Source of the DNA: Candidatus Komeilibacteria bacterium
GTDB taxonomy: Bacteria; Patescibacteriota; Patescibacteriia; UBA1558
Assembly: GCA_048538235.1 (NCBI GenBank)
Contig: JBLYPX010000001.1
Location: 72,013 to 136,012 of the forward strand
DNA: 64,000 nucleotides
Direction: 5' to 3'
Made by a program: the position numbers and the translations under genes. Positions 20,077 through 30,407 of the stretch are shown here, piece after piece (the first letter of the stretch is position 1; each line of letters opens with the position of its first letter). Below the pieces are notes generated by a model. It was given only the letters and a program-made list of their open reading frames with translations. It was not told where the DNA came from and did no database searches.

Positions 20077-21156
20077 ATGAATTATTATAATTACATTTTT
20101 ACAATAGCAATTTTCGTTTTATATACCTTTATATTTTCTATTTTTATAATTCCACCCTTAAAGGATTTAAGGAGAATTAGAACCAAACTAAGAGGGTTAG
20201 TAAAGCCAAAGTCACTATTTAAGAGCGAGGATAGTAATAATAGGGAAAATCAAATTAAAGAAATAACGGATAGTTTGAAAGATTATAAATTAAGATATCA
20301 AGAAATAGAACAATCGACCTGGTTTCTTATTGCTGGGATAATCATAACTGTCTTAACAGCACTAGCTTTGTTTTTGTGGACCATCTCTAATCATCAGAAA
20401 ATTTTAAAGTATATCTTTGTTGATCATATAGATTATTTAATTTTAATGATTTATGTGATAATAATGTCTACTCTAATGGTTTGGGCATTTAAAATGAACA
20501 CCCCATCATCTAAGAAAATAACTAGGTGGGAATATTTAAGCAAAAACTATGGCTTGAGTCCATCGGGATTAGCAGAATGCGCCAATTTTCGTGCAGACTT
20601 TAATCCCAAAACGATATCAACGTTCGAAAGTGGTGACTCAAGAGGATTAAGACAGATTCAAATTTTTTCAGATATTGAATTAAGGGGTTATAAGTACTGG
20701 TTCTTCATATATAGTTTAGATGATCAGCGTCATATCTTCAATTTGACGGGGGCTGTTAACGATAAAACATCTTTGAAAGAACGGTTTTTTGATATAGAAG
20801 ACATACATGGTTGGTCTGTTAATATTGCAAGCTTTGATTTTGACAAATATAAAAATAAAGAATTATATTTATTTCTATTTATTTTCGACCCAATTCTTTA
20901 TGGTGATGTGGGAGCCCCTTATTGGGGCTATAAAAAATTTACCTACGAAGGAGAGGTAATATCTTCCAGCGAATATAATGTTCCCGCAAACAGTACACAT
21001 AAGAACATAAAATATTTTGGTAGTGGTTTAAAGTTTAAAAAATATACATGGCAAGACTCCGAGCAGTCCACTGAAGTTGATGAAATAGTTAAAAAAGTAT
21101 TTAATAATACATATATAGAGGTGACTAGTAGGCTGAAAAACGTTTCTATTAAATAA
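20077..21156 (+). CDS. Hypothetical membrane protein
   Basis: 359 aa ORF, three TM segments and a soluble C-terminal domain. Confidence 0.7.
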   Translation: MNYYNYIFTIAIFVLYTFIFSIFIIPPLKDLRRIRTKLRGLVKPKSLFKSEDSNNRENQIKEITDSLKDYKLRYQEIEQSTWFLIAGIIITVLTALALFLWTISNHQKILKYIFVDHIDYLILMIYVIIMSTLMVWAFKMNTPSSKKITRWEYLSKNYGLSPSGLAECANFRADFNPKTISTFESGDSRGLRQIQIFSDIELRGYKYWFFIYSLDDQRHIFNLTGAVNDKTSLKERFFDIEDIHGWSVNIASFDFDKYKNKELYLFLFIFDPILYGDVGAPYWGYKKFTYEGEVISSSEYNVPANSTHKNIKYFGSGLKFKKYTWQDSEQSTEVDEIVKKVFNNTYIEVTSRLKNVSIK

Positions 21157-21220
21157 TTTTACACCTTTTCACACCATTATTAATATTGTTTACTAATAGG
21201 ATGTATTTTATACTATAGGT

Positions 21221-21652
21221 ATGGGATTTTATCAAAATACAAGATGCTCAAAATGTGGTTATAGTCTTTCTGGTGGCTACAACAGGGTTGGTGTTGATAG
21301 TAATTTAGGATTACCATTTTTAAAATGTCCAAATTGTAAAACTGTATGCAAGACGGGTAGGAATATTTATTCTTTAATGACAGATGAGGAGAGAGTAACC
21401 TATAAATTTGGTAGGATTAAACAAACGCTAATCAATGCATTTGGTATCGCGATTGGATTGATGGGTTTAAGCATAATAACTGGCGTCGTTGATGAGGATA
21501 AAATGGAACCATATCCCCACCTTGTAATTATCGGGGTTTTGGGTATTTTATTAAGTGCACTCATATCATATGCTAATGATAAGAGTTGTATTGATAACCT
21601 TGAAAAGGCGTATAGGAATAAGGACAAAAATTATTACGCCGATATAGATTAA
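21221..21652 (+). CDS. Zinc-ribbon membrane protein
   Basis: CSKC..CPNC followed by two TMs. Confidence 0.7.
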   Translation: MGFYQNTRCSKCGYSLSGGYNRVGVDSNLGLPFLKCPNCKTVCKTGRNIYSLMTDEERVTYKFGRIKQTLINAFGIAIGLMGLSIITGVVDEDKMEPYPHLVIIGVLGILLSALISYANDKSCIDNLEKAYRNKDKNYYADID

Positions 21653-21678
21653 AAATATTTATGATCTAATCTGGTTTT

Positions 21679-21712
21679 AAAAAAACAACTTCATTTCGAA
21701 GCTGTTTTTTTA
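21679..21712. terminator. Probable bidirectional terminator
   Basis: AAAAAAACAACTTC-attt-CGAAGCTGTTTTTTT, imperfect stem between convergent genes. Confidence 0.55.
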
Positions 21713-21757
21713 CTCTTTTATTCAGTTAATAGAGTTGCTACTGATTTTATATAAAAA

Positions 21758-21955
21758 TTATCTACCAAATTCCTTAAAGCATAATTCTGACTTAGTCCCG
21801 TACAAGCTATTGTCGTTGCCATATAATGACCACATAGAATCTAAACATGAATCCAGTTTATTCTCTCGTCTAACTTCTACTAAATAATATGATATACCGA
21901 CAATCATTCCCGCCAAAACTATACTAATTGAAATTGTTAAAATTTTCTTATTCAT
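21758..21955 (-). CDS. Small single-TM hypothetical protein
   Basis: 65 aa, N-terminal TM and two Cys. Confidence 0.6.
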   Translation of the reverse strand: MNKKILTISISIVLAGMIVGISYYLVEVRRENKLDSCLDSMWSLYGNDNSLYGTKSELCFKEFGR

Positions 21956-21972
21956 ATTTATATTAACATTAC

Positions 21973-22647
21973 TTAATAAATCCCGTTTGGAAATTCATTC
22001 TTAGAGTCCCATTCACCCCAAGAACCTAAATCTTTAAGTTCGCTACCGTTATTATGATCAATAATATAATAATTATCATAAGAGCCACCATCTGGATCGT
22101 CGTAATATTTATGTTTCAACGTTATGAGATTTCCTTTATATTCGCCATTTTTAACAATGTCTAGATAATTCCCGTCAGATATAAAATTAATTTTCCCCGA
22201 ATCAATGTTAACGGAAAATATAGCATTTGATGTGGTCCAAGATTGTGTTAGAAAGTATACATTTTTATCATCTAAAGAAAAAATGGGATTCATTATATTG
22301 ATAATCTCATGACCTTCATCATCTGCTTGTCCAGATTTAACTAATATAGTTTCCTGACCTGTTTCAATATTTCTCAACACAAGATCATTAAGTTTACCAC
22401 CCCAACCATCACCCGTTTGATAATTTGAGTCTACGGATCCATAATCACGTAATGCCAGTTCCAATACACCATCTTTAGAAGTCGTTTTATAGTCATCAAC
22501 TATTTTCTTCTCACTACTATCCAAAATGTTTTCGTCCACCACCTCAGTATCAATATCATTTTGATTTTTATCTACAAGAAAAAACATTGTCGCTATAATA
22601 ATAACGCCCACAACAAGTAAAGCTTTTTTGTATTCTTTATAACTCAT
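21973..22647 (-). CDS. Membrane-anchored hypothetical protein (partial TolB-like beta-propeller)
   Basis: N-terminal TM; NPIFSLDDKNVYF repeat-like motif. Confidence 0.6.
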   Translation of the reverse strand: MSYKEYKKALLVVGVIIIATMFFLVDKNQNDIDTEVVDENILDSSEKKIVDDYKTTSKDGVLELALRDYGSVDSNYQTGDGWGGKLNDLVLRNIETGQETILVKSGQADDEGHEIINIMNPIFSLDDKNVYFLTQSWTTSNAIFSVNIDSGKINFISDGNYLDIVKNGEYKGNLITLKHKYYDDPDGGSYDNYYIIDHNNGSELKDLGSWGEWDSKNEFPNGIY

Positions 22648-23041
22648 TTATTATATCCGTGAGTTGATTAGGGTTCTTAACTAAGTCTATATTAATCAAT
22701 TTGTTTTCACAATTACGTTCTTTCAACGCAGCGTGTTCCAATCTATATACATCATCATCTAACCACCTAAAATCTTTTGAAAAATCTATGCCCTCTGTCT
22801 TCCAAGTGCCCCAAGTAGTTGGTTTTATTAGTCTTGCGTATTCCATTGCTTCGACTGAAATCCTATCTCTCAAATATTCTAATAAATGCTCTGTATCACC
22901 CTTGCAATGAGTAGTTAGCCAATAAACATCATGGTTGTTTGTAATATACTTTAGAAATTCAACCAGCCCATCAGCTGGTTGTTGATACTTATCTAAGGCA
23001 TCATGAATCAAAACGCCGTCTATGTCTAAGTAAATGTTCAT
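22637..23041 (-). CDS. HAD-superfamily phosphatase (RNA-repair HAD_SAK-like)
   Basis: YLDIDGVL motif I, WLTTH motif II, WLDDD motif IV. Confidence 0.75.
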   Translation of the reverse strand: MNIYLDIDGVLIHDALDKYQQPADGLVEFLKYITNNHDVYWLTTHCKGDTEHLLEYLRDRISVEAMEYARLIKPTTWGTWKTEGIDFSKDFRWLDDDVYRLEHAALKERNCENKLINIDLVKNPNQLTDIINEL

Positions 23042-23050
23042 TTTATAATT

Positions 23051-23338
23051 TTATTTTTTGCCTTGTCTTTTTTTTGCTCTTTCTGTGTGATTAATATCTT
23101 CGACTAGGGCAATCTTTGCTCTTTTCATTAGTTCTTTAATTGCTCTTGGAATATCATCCATATAATTAAATACCTCCGAATCTGATGAAATCTTCTTTGT
23201 TTTATTAGCCTCAATAATAGCAACCCCACTAGACCAGCAAGGGGTTTGTTTGTGATCTTTGCCAACACGTCCAGGTAGCTCATTTGTCCAGAACCTGAGT
23301 TTAATGGCGAGTGTTTTGTTATCCTCTTTTTTTGTCAT
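23051..23338 (-). CDS. Hypothetical protein
   Basis: 95 aa ORF in the same operon-like run as the MTase. Confidence 0.65.
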   Translation of the reverse strand: MTKKEDNKTLAIKLRFWTNELPGRVGKDHKQTPCWSSGVAIIEANKTKKISSDSEVFNYMDDIPRAIKELMKRAKIALVEDINHTERAKKRQGKK

Positions 23339-23356
23339 AAATAAAATTGTTAATAA

Positions 23357-26300
23357 TTATAGTGAACTTGCTTTGTTTATTCTATTCCAAACTAAACGAC
23401 AAACAACACGATACACCTCCTTACGCTCCTCACTAGACAGATTTAACGAGTCAAATATAATACTATCCAACTTAGCCCTGTCAGATAATGGTTTTGGGTT
23501 TTGTTTTTCTATTGAGATGTCTAATTTCGGATCAATACCACATTCGTCAAAAATAGATTTTATGTCTCTATTTTTAAATAAAGTTAGAGTGTCATTCAGT
23601 TCCTTTTGTCTATCTTTTAGATCGGGAAGTAATAAATTTTTTACCTCATAAACTTTCACATCAACAGGCCCGCCTCCACCACCGTATCCGCGTGCCATTA
23701 ATTCTAATTGGAGTAACGTAATTGTAGAATTACACAACGCGCCTACATAATTATCGCAATACATATCATACATTCTAGCATCAGCTAAAAATCCTGTATT
23801 AGCAACAACAAAGAATCTTTCCCTATACGTCATTGTCCATAGGAAGTTACTAGGAATGTGTTCGCCCAGATCCCACCACCTTTTTCTCCCCTTTATGGTT
23901 GGTATGTTCTGAAATCCAATAATAACCTTGCCCTTGTTGGCACCCTGTTTTATTGTAATTTTTTCTTTTTCGCCCCACTCGATATATTTCAACGCATTAC
24001 TCCCACACAGCTCATCTTTATTTTTATTGCAAACAAAAAGCCTATATTTCAGATCATTTGGCCTAATTAATATACTCTTGCATTCACGTGGGCTTTTTAC
24101 AACAGGTATTAAGAACTCATCTTCTATATTTAATTTTTTAGCTTCCTCTTCTGTTAAGTAAAAAAAATCATTTGCTCCAGTTTTAATTCCAAATTTTATA
24201 TCGGCCATACCACCAAGTTTTACAAGCTTATTCTCTCCCTTATTTAAAATAGTGAAAAAGATATCAGGTGCTCGTAAATATTTACCACCCCATTTATCAC
24301 CAATGTATTTACCACCCAATTTTTTTTGTTCATCATTTTCATATTCAATTCCTGGCTCTCTTAAATTCTCTGCCGTAATAGGATATATTCTATAAGAATC
24401 ATTTGAAACAATTTTTTTTGTTTTTTCGATATGTAAAAGATTTTCGGTAAAAATAGTTTCTTCGAAAGGTTTTTTAAATACCACAAATTTAGTTAAACGA
24501 TCTTCTTCAACTTTCTTCTGTGGCGCATTGATGACAGAAATAACAGTATTAACATCTGCTTCTTTAAAGCTTCGCCTGTTGTTATTATCTATAATAAACT
24601 CTATAGGGCAACGTTTTAATAAAAAATCCTGTAACCATGAACCATAAGCTACGTCGAGCCAGGAACTAGAACATATATAAGTATGTATGCCATTGGGATT
24701 TAACAACCTTAAACCACGTATATAAAAATAAGTATAAAGGTCTGATTGGGCGTTAATTTTTGTCTTATTAGAAAAATCGTTTGGGAAATCCAACCTAACC
24801 ATCTCTTGAAGAAAATTTTTATAATCCTTTTGATTTTTAACATTTCCTGTTGGATCACTTATTGATTCTTGTCTAACATATGGTGGATTACCGATTACAA
24901 TATCAAAACCCTCTTTTTCAACAAATATTTCAGCAAATTCAATATTCCAAACTAATGGTTTATTGTCTTTCAATGAAGATTTTTGACTTTCCAACTCTTT
25001 AATATCATCTTCTAAACATTTGATTTTTTCTTTGTCTATAGAGTTTTTTTTGATAATTTTATCATCTTTTTCTTCACGGCTAAATGAAAAAGGTTGCTGG
25101 CTAGATTCTTTAATATTTTTCTCATTTTTTATTTCTTCTGATAAAATTTTTATTTCATCATCTAAAATATCGCGATAAATTTGTAATTCACTTTGTTCTA
25201 TTTTCCATTTCTTTAAAGCTTCTTTTTTATTATAAAAATAGTCTATTTTTAAATTTTTTAACTCTGTAACCTGCCTTTTAATTTTTTGAGATACAAAAGC
25301 ATGCCCTGTTACAGGAAATGTTTTATTGCCAACTCTTTGTACTAAAGAATCGCCAGGACGTATCTTGAAATCTAAACTTGGTAAAATAGGTTCTATTGAG
25401 TTTTTCATCTCATCAGGCGCATCAATAAAAAGAGTGATCCACAATCTTAGTTGAGTAATCCAAACAGCCCACTCTTTTACTTCAACACCATAAAGCGACT
25501 TTCCTATAATTCTTTTTTTTCGTTCAAATGTGTTAAATTTATCTTCTCCTAGTTTATTATATATATGCTCTTCAATTTCATTGATGACTTGCAACATTCC
25601 CACAGGAAAAGCTCCTGATCCTACCGCAGGATCACAAATTGTTATTTTTTCTAAACAATCTAATATATTTTCATATTGTTCTTTAGAGAATGAGCCATAT
25701 TTTTGTTGGTCTGCATATTCTTCGCTTGTACCGCCCTCAATAAAAAATAACTCATACAAATCACGAATGTCTATATTGCTGGTATTGTTTTTGTGGAGCC
25801 ATTTTACGAGTGATATGCGACACATCAAATCAACTTCAGTTTTTGGAGTATATATAGCACCATCTTCTTTATTAACCAAACGCTCAAATATAATACCTAA
25901 AAATTCAGGATTTAATTCTAATTCTTCATCATAGCGGGTATTTTCTTCTATAGTAAAATTATAAGAAAATAAAAAATCAAAGAAGTCAATTATATTTTTG
26001 TCTGGAATGAATAAATCTTCTTTATCTATATCCTTCTCACGAAACAACCCACCATTTAAATAAGGAGCTGCTTCTAATGCAGCTTTCGTGTCGGCGGGGA
26101 CAAAACTATCTTCTCCGTCAATTTTTTTTCCAGGTGCAGAGTTGAGCGTTTGAAAAAAGAGTGGTTTTAACCAATGAGAATAAAATGTATCATTTTCATT
26201 TGATACATCTAAATATTCTTTCAAATAATTCTGTAAGAATTTTATATTGCCAGCAAGCCAGCCACGTTTTTGAATAAAACCGAGAAAAATTATGCGAATA

Positions 26301-26920
26301 ATAAATAGAAGAGTAAAATCATCCTTCTTCTCTGTCGAGGCTTTATGTGATCCCTCAATTGATTTAGATATTTCCTTAAATCTTGGATAAAAGTCTTGAT
26401 AGAAATCTCTAGTTACTTTAGATAGAGAAAATGCTTCTTTTATATCTTCAATATTATTGAAACTATTATTTCCTATTTGTTGCAAGAACGTTTTATTATT
26501 AAAATCCTCACTAACGAAATATGTGTATCTTTTAAAATTATTCCAAACCCTTTTAGCGCCAGAATATTGAGGATAGATTAAAGAAAATCGGAAGTTGCCA
26601 GCGCTGTCATAGAAAATAAAAATCCCTGCTTCATATTTATCTTCTTGTTTTAATAGTGATTTTGCAAAATCATATTGCGCTTTTTTGTTTAATCTCTCAG
26701 TGACATCTTTATTACTTTGTACCCCTATTACGCAAACATCTTTTAACCTGCCACCAAAATCTATATAACCAATCCTCTTAGTTGATTTAAAAAAATCTTT
26801 ATCATACTTTTCTAAATTTTCATCTAAGTCTTTGTATCTCGTTGATTTTTCACGAAAGAAAACATCAAATTTTTCTAGTGAAAAATCTGTAATAATATTT
26901 TTTAAAATTTCTTTTGACAT
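23357..26920 (-). CDS. Large N6-adenine DNA methyltransferase (Eco57I/type IIG-like) with C-terminal target-recognition region
   Basis: ICDPAVGSGAF motif I, FDIVIGNPPYVRQE motif IV, DLYTYF and IKFGIKTGANDFF. Confidence 0.9.
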   Translation of the reverse strand: MSKEILKNIITDFSLEKFDVFFREKSTRYKDLDENLEKYDKDFFKSTKRIGYIDFGGRLKDVCVIGVQSNKDVTERLNKKAQYDFAKSLLKQEDKYEAGIFIFYDSAGNFRFSLIYPQYSGAKRVWNNFKRYTYFVSEDFNNKTFLQQIGNNSFNNIEDIKEAFSLSKVTRDFYQDFYPRFKEISKSIEGSHKASTEKKDDFTLLFIIRIIFLGFIQKRGWLAGNIKFLQNYLKEYLDVSNENDTFYSHWLKPLFFQTLNSAPGKKIDGEDSFVPADTKAALEAAPYLNGGLFREKDIDKEDLFIPDKNIIDFFDFLFSYNFTIEENTRYDEELELNPEFLGIIFERLVNKEDGAIYTPKTEVDLMCRISLVKWLHKNNTSNIDIRDLYELFFIEGGTSEEYADQQKYGSFSKEQYENILDCLEKITICDPAVGSGAFPVGMLQVINEIEEHIYNKLGEDKFNTFERKKRIIGKSLYGVEVKEWAVWITQLRLWITLFIDAPDEMKNSIEPILPSLDFKIRPGDSLVQRVGNKTFPVTGHAFVSQKIKRQVTELKNLKIDYFYNKKEALKKWKIEQSELQIYRDILDDEIKILSEEIKNEKNIKESSQQPFSFSREEKDDKIIKKNSIDKEKIKCLEDDIKELESQKSSLKDNKPLVWNIEFAEIFVEKEGFDIVIGNPPYVRQESISDPTGNVKNQKDYKNFLQEMVRLDFPNDFSNKTKINAQSDLYTYFYIRGLRLLNPNGIHTYICSSSWLDVAYGSWLQDFLLKRCPIEFIIDNNNRRSFKEADVNTVISVINAPQKKVEEDRLTKFVVFKKPFEETIFTENLLHIEKTKKIVSNDSYRIYPITAENLREPGIEYENDEQKKLGGKYIGDKWGGKYLRAPDIFFTILNKGENKLVKLGGMADIKFGIKTGANDFFYLTEEEAKKLNIEDEFLIPVVKSPRECKSILIRPNDLKYRLFVCNKNKDELCGSNALKYIEWGEKEKITIKQGANKGKVIIGFQNIPTIKGRKRWWDLGEHIPSNFLWTMTYRERFFVVANTGFLADARMYDMYCDNYVGALCNSTITLLQLELMARGYGGGGGPVDVKVYEVKNLLLPDLKDRQKELNDTLTLFKNRDIKSIFDECGIDPKLDISIEKQNPKPLSDRAKLDSIIFDSLNLSSEERKEVYRVVCRLVWNRINKASSL

Positions 26921-26924
26921 AATT

Positions 26925-29900
26925 TTATTTTATATTTTCTATAGCTACAATAACTTCTTTCTGTGGGGCACCTTTTTGTTTAATATCTTCTAAATAATTA
27001 TCCTTGCCAAGCTCCATCTTCATTTGATCTAATGATTTCTTAGTGCGCTCAATATCTGCTTCTTCTTTCGCATCTAATTTTAAATCAATAATCTTACGAA
27101 GTGTGGATTTGGGAAGTGTTTGATAATCTGTGACATCTTGTAAAAGATTGGATAAGAGCCTAGAATAACGACTAAAAATTTTATTTGGATTACTGTCAAA
27201 ACCCTGAAGAACCGTTAATGCTTTACGTTCAATGCTGTTTTCCCCAGATGGAATTCTTGATTTATCATCATAATCTCTTATTTCTACATATTGATCCCAG
27301 AAATTATCCGACAGTTTTAAACTTTTTTCTGAAAAATCACATTTAATCATTTCGAGAACATTTTCAAAATTTATATATTCTATAACTTCCTTCTTGTCAT
27401 TATTATAACTGCGCGAATATAGATTGCCCGCTTTTTTAATAAAAACCAACAAATTATTATCTTTATACTTTTTAGCCGTTTTCACTCTTGATGGAGCCTC
27501 TTCAATTTTAATAGATACTTCTGGATATTCTTTCTTGATTTCATTGAGCATTTTTCTGGTCTTAGTATGAAAACTTTCTTTTTCCATATCGTCGGGATTA
27601 GCTTTCAATTTTTTAAATAGACCAGCTGGTGATGGCTGTTCATCAACATCAAATATTTTAGAATCTTCTCCTAAGGCATTGTGAATCAAAAACATTTTTT
27701 GTTGTGCAATTTCTCTACTGCGCACCTGCGTTGCACCTTTTTCAGTAGGAAAAAAATTAAAAATAAACAATTCATTAAAAACTTTTTTCCCGATCCTATT
27801 AATACGTCCGACTCTTTGTATGACTCTGGTTGGATTCCAGGGTATGTCATAATTCAGAACCGTACCAGCGCGGTTCAAATTAAAACCTTCAGATATTTTA
27901 TCGGTAGCTAACAATACATCATATTTATTATTCTTCTTCTTATAGCTAGCATCAAAATCTTTTAGTATTTCTTCCTTTTTTGAGGTTGATAAACCATTGG
28001 CGATAGACAATAGTCTGCCAGGAAATCTGGCTTCTAATTTATCCTCTAGGTATTTAGCAGTATCTACGTACTCGGTAAAAATAACAACTTTTCGCGTGGG
28101 TTGGTTGATAGCAGTTTTTTTTACTTGTTTTTTAATAGTTTTAACCAAAGCTTCAAATTTAGGATCGTGGCTGGATAGGTTAAGTTCGGTTAATTCTTTT
28201 TTTATTTTTGCAAAAAGCTTTTTATCACTTTCTATGTCTTTTAAAAACTTATCTTTATGTTTAAAATCGTTTATATTGTATATTTTATAATTTTTTGGAT
28301 AATTACCCTCACCCAAACGTTCTTCATATTTAGATAATTCATTATCAATGTCATCCAAATCCAGATTATAAATATCTTCCATTAATTTTCTATCTAAAAT
28401 AAATTGTCCTTTAGAATTTTTAACAAATTCTGAAACTTTTTCATGAACTCTTAAAAAATTATTTATGCTTTGTTCAAAAGCACCAAAAGAGCTTTCAAAC
28501 CTTTTTACTAATAGACGACGCATGAAATCGAACAAATTCTTCTGAGAAAAATATTCAAAGTTGTCTTTTTCTCCCTTGATGCTTTCTGATTCGCTTATAC
28601 CTGATTCATATGAAAATGGTTGATAAATAGCTCCCTTAAATTCGCGTCCGTCATCGCCAAAATAATTTGTAACAATTTTTTCATAAAAATCTAATTGATT
28701 TTTGTTTAGCTCAAAAAATATTTCTTCTGGATCTCTTGTGTCTGATAAATTGTAAACTTCTTTACTATACACAGGATCATTTTTCAAATCTAAACGATTT
28801 CTGCGAATCATTATTGGTTCAATAATACTACGTATTTCACCGGCTAATCTATTGCTTCTTTCCTGAACTTTGCCTAAATCAATTTTTTTACTATCAAAAA
28901 TATTTTGATAGTCTCTAGTCGCTTTATCTTTTTTTCTTTTAGTGGGAGAATTGTAGTTCTTGCTAATGTTTGACAGTTTTTTATACAATTCATTATAAGA
29001 TCTGAATTTATCTTTTAAATTATTATCTAATGTAATTGTTGATTTGCCAGGGACTATAAACAATTGCAAAAGCGAGAAAATATCAGCTGGAGAATTATTG
29101 AAAGGAGTCGCTGTTAATAAAATAACCTTTTTATTTCTACATATATTCTTTAACAATTCGTAGGCTCTAGTGTCTTCATTGCGAAACCTATGTACCTCGT
29201 CAATTATCACAACCTCTATATCTGGGTTATTATGAACAAAATTTAGAGCCTTTTCTAAAGTTTCAACGCCACAAGACATGACACGCCAATCATTAATATC
29301 AAAATTTGATTGATATTCTTTCCATCCAGAATCATCATCTCCGACTAGCCCTGGAGGACTAATTATAATTCCTCTACGGTTTAAAATTCTACCCAGAGCT
29401 CCAGCAATAACACTTTTACCAAGACCAACAACATCAGAAACCATTACACCTCCATGATCATCAATAATACCTAAAGCCTGAATAATAGCGTCTATTTGAT
29501 AGTCGTATGGTTTGTATCCGGCGCTTGTTAAAATATTACTCACTTTTTGTCGAGTGGTTTTAGATGAATAACGATCCAAATAATTTCTAAGAACTAGGGC
29601 AAAAGCTTCAAAAGGGGTGAACTCGGCTGCCATTGTTTTGTTTTCAACCAAGTCTAATAATCTTGTTTTAAATTCTTCAACTTCAGTAATCCTATCAGCA
29701 GTTTCCCACAAATCTTTAAAATATTTTTTTGCCTCATCAACTCCAGAATCCGAAATTTCAACATTAAACTCATGCTGGCCAGCTAATCCAGCACTTGTTA
29801 AATTACTACTACCTGTGATAAAAATATCTCTACTACCAATACCAGCTTGTTCGTTCAATCTAAATAAATACAATTTAGCATGATTGGGCTCTCTAGTTTT

Positions 29901-30278
29901 TCTAATTCTTATTTTATTTTCCTTGATTAATTTTAAGAAGAAATTTACTTGTTCGTAGAAATTTGCATTGTCTAAATCTTGATCCGTTAAACTTTTGTGT
30001 ATAGAGTTTAAAAATCGATCAAAAGATTCCTCTCTTGATAATCCCTTGTCTTTATCACCATATTCTACTAATCCATATACCTGCCTATCAACATTTAACC
30101 CCACAAGTATATCTATCTGACTTTTCGGATTTTTTTTAATAGACTCGTATAATTCTTTAATGCCTGAAAAATAAAAAAATCCTACCAAAAAACGCATCTC
30201 TTCACTGTGCTCAATTAGACGGCTAATTCTTTTTTTAAGGTTTTGTTCCTTATCATTAGTAATGAATTTTGATGACAT
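26925..30278 (-). CDS. PLD nuclease-SNF2 helicase fusion
   Basis: HAKLY..GSSNLT..EFN PLD motif; DVVGLGKS, DEVH, TATP, SEGFNL and QRVGRINRIG helicase motifs. Confidence 0.9.
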   Translation of the reverse strand: MSSKFITNDKEQNLKKRISRLIEHSEEMRFLVGFFYFSGIKELYESIKKNPKSQIDILVGLNVDRQVYGLVEYGDKDKGLSREESFDRFLNSIHKSLTDQDLDNANFYEQVNFFLKLIKENKIRIRKTREPNHAKLYLFRLNEQAGIGSRDIFITGSSNLTSAGLAGQHEFNVEISDSGVDEAKKYFKDLWETADRITEVEEFKTRLLDLVENKTMAAEFTPFEAFALVLRNYLDRYSSKTTRQKVSNILTSAGYKPYDYQIDAIIQALGIIDDHGGVMVSDVVGLGKSVIAGALGRILNRRGIIISPPGLVGDDDSGWKEYQSNFDINDWRVMSCGVETLEKALNFVHNNPDIEVVIIDEVHRFRNEDTRAYELLKNICRNKKVILLTATPFNNSPADIFSLLQLFIVPGKSTITLDNNLKDKFRSYNELYKKLSNISKNYNSPTKRKKDKATRDYQNIFDSKKIDLGKVQERSNRLAGEIRSIIEPIMIRRNRLDLKNDPVYSKEVYNLSDTRDPEEIFFELNKNQLDFYEKIVTNYFGDDGREFKGAIYQPFSYESGISESESIKGEKDNFEYFSQKNLFDFMRRLLVKRFESSFGAFEQSINNFLRVHEKVSEFVKNSKGQFILDRKLMEDIYNLDLDDIDNELSKYEERLGEGNYPKNYKIYNINDFKHKDKFLKDIESDKKLFAKIKKELTELNLSSHDPKFEALVKTIKKQVKKTAINQPTRKVVIFTEYVDTAKYLEDKLEARFPGRLLSIANGLSTSKKEEILKDFDASYKKKNNKYDVLLATDKISEGFNLNRAGTVLNYDIPWNPTRVIQRVGRINRIGKKVFNELFIFNFFPTEKGATQVRSREIAQQKMFLIHNALGEDSKIFDVDEQPSPAGLFKKLKANPDDMEKESFHTKTRKMLNEIKKEYPEVSIKIEEAPSRVKTAKKYKDNNLLVFIKKAGNLYSRSYNNDKKEVIEYINFENVLEMIKCDFSEKSLKLSDNFWDQYVEIRDYDDKSRIPSGENSIERKALTVLQGFDSNPNKIFSRYSRLLSNLLQDVTDYQTLPKSTLRKIIDLKLDAKEEADIERTKKSLDQMKMELGKDNYLEDIKQKGAPQKEVIVAIENIK

Positions 30279-30407
30279 AGTGTTAAAATTAACTTAAAAT
30301 CCCTTTAATTATCCCTTTTTTTAGCCAAAAAGTCAAAGGAATCGGTCAAATAAGATAATACTTATTCACAACACAAAACACAATCATTAAAAACCCCTTT
30401 AGTTGCA

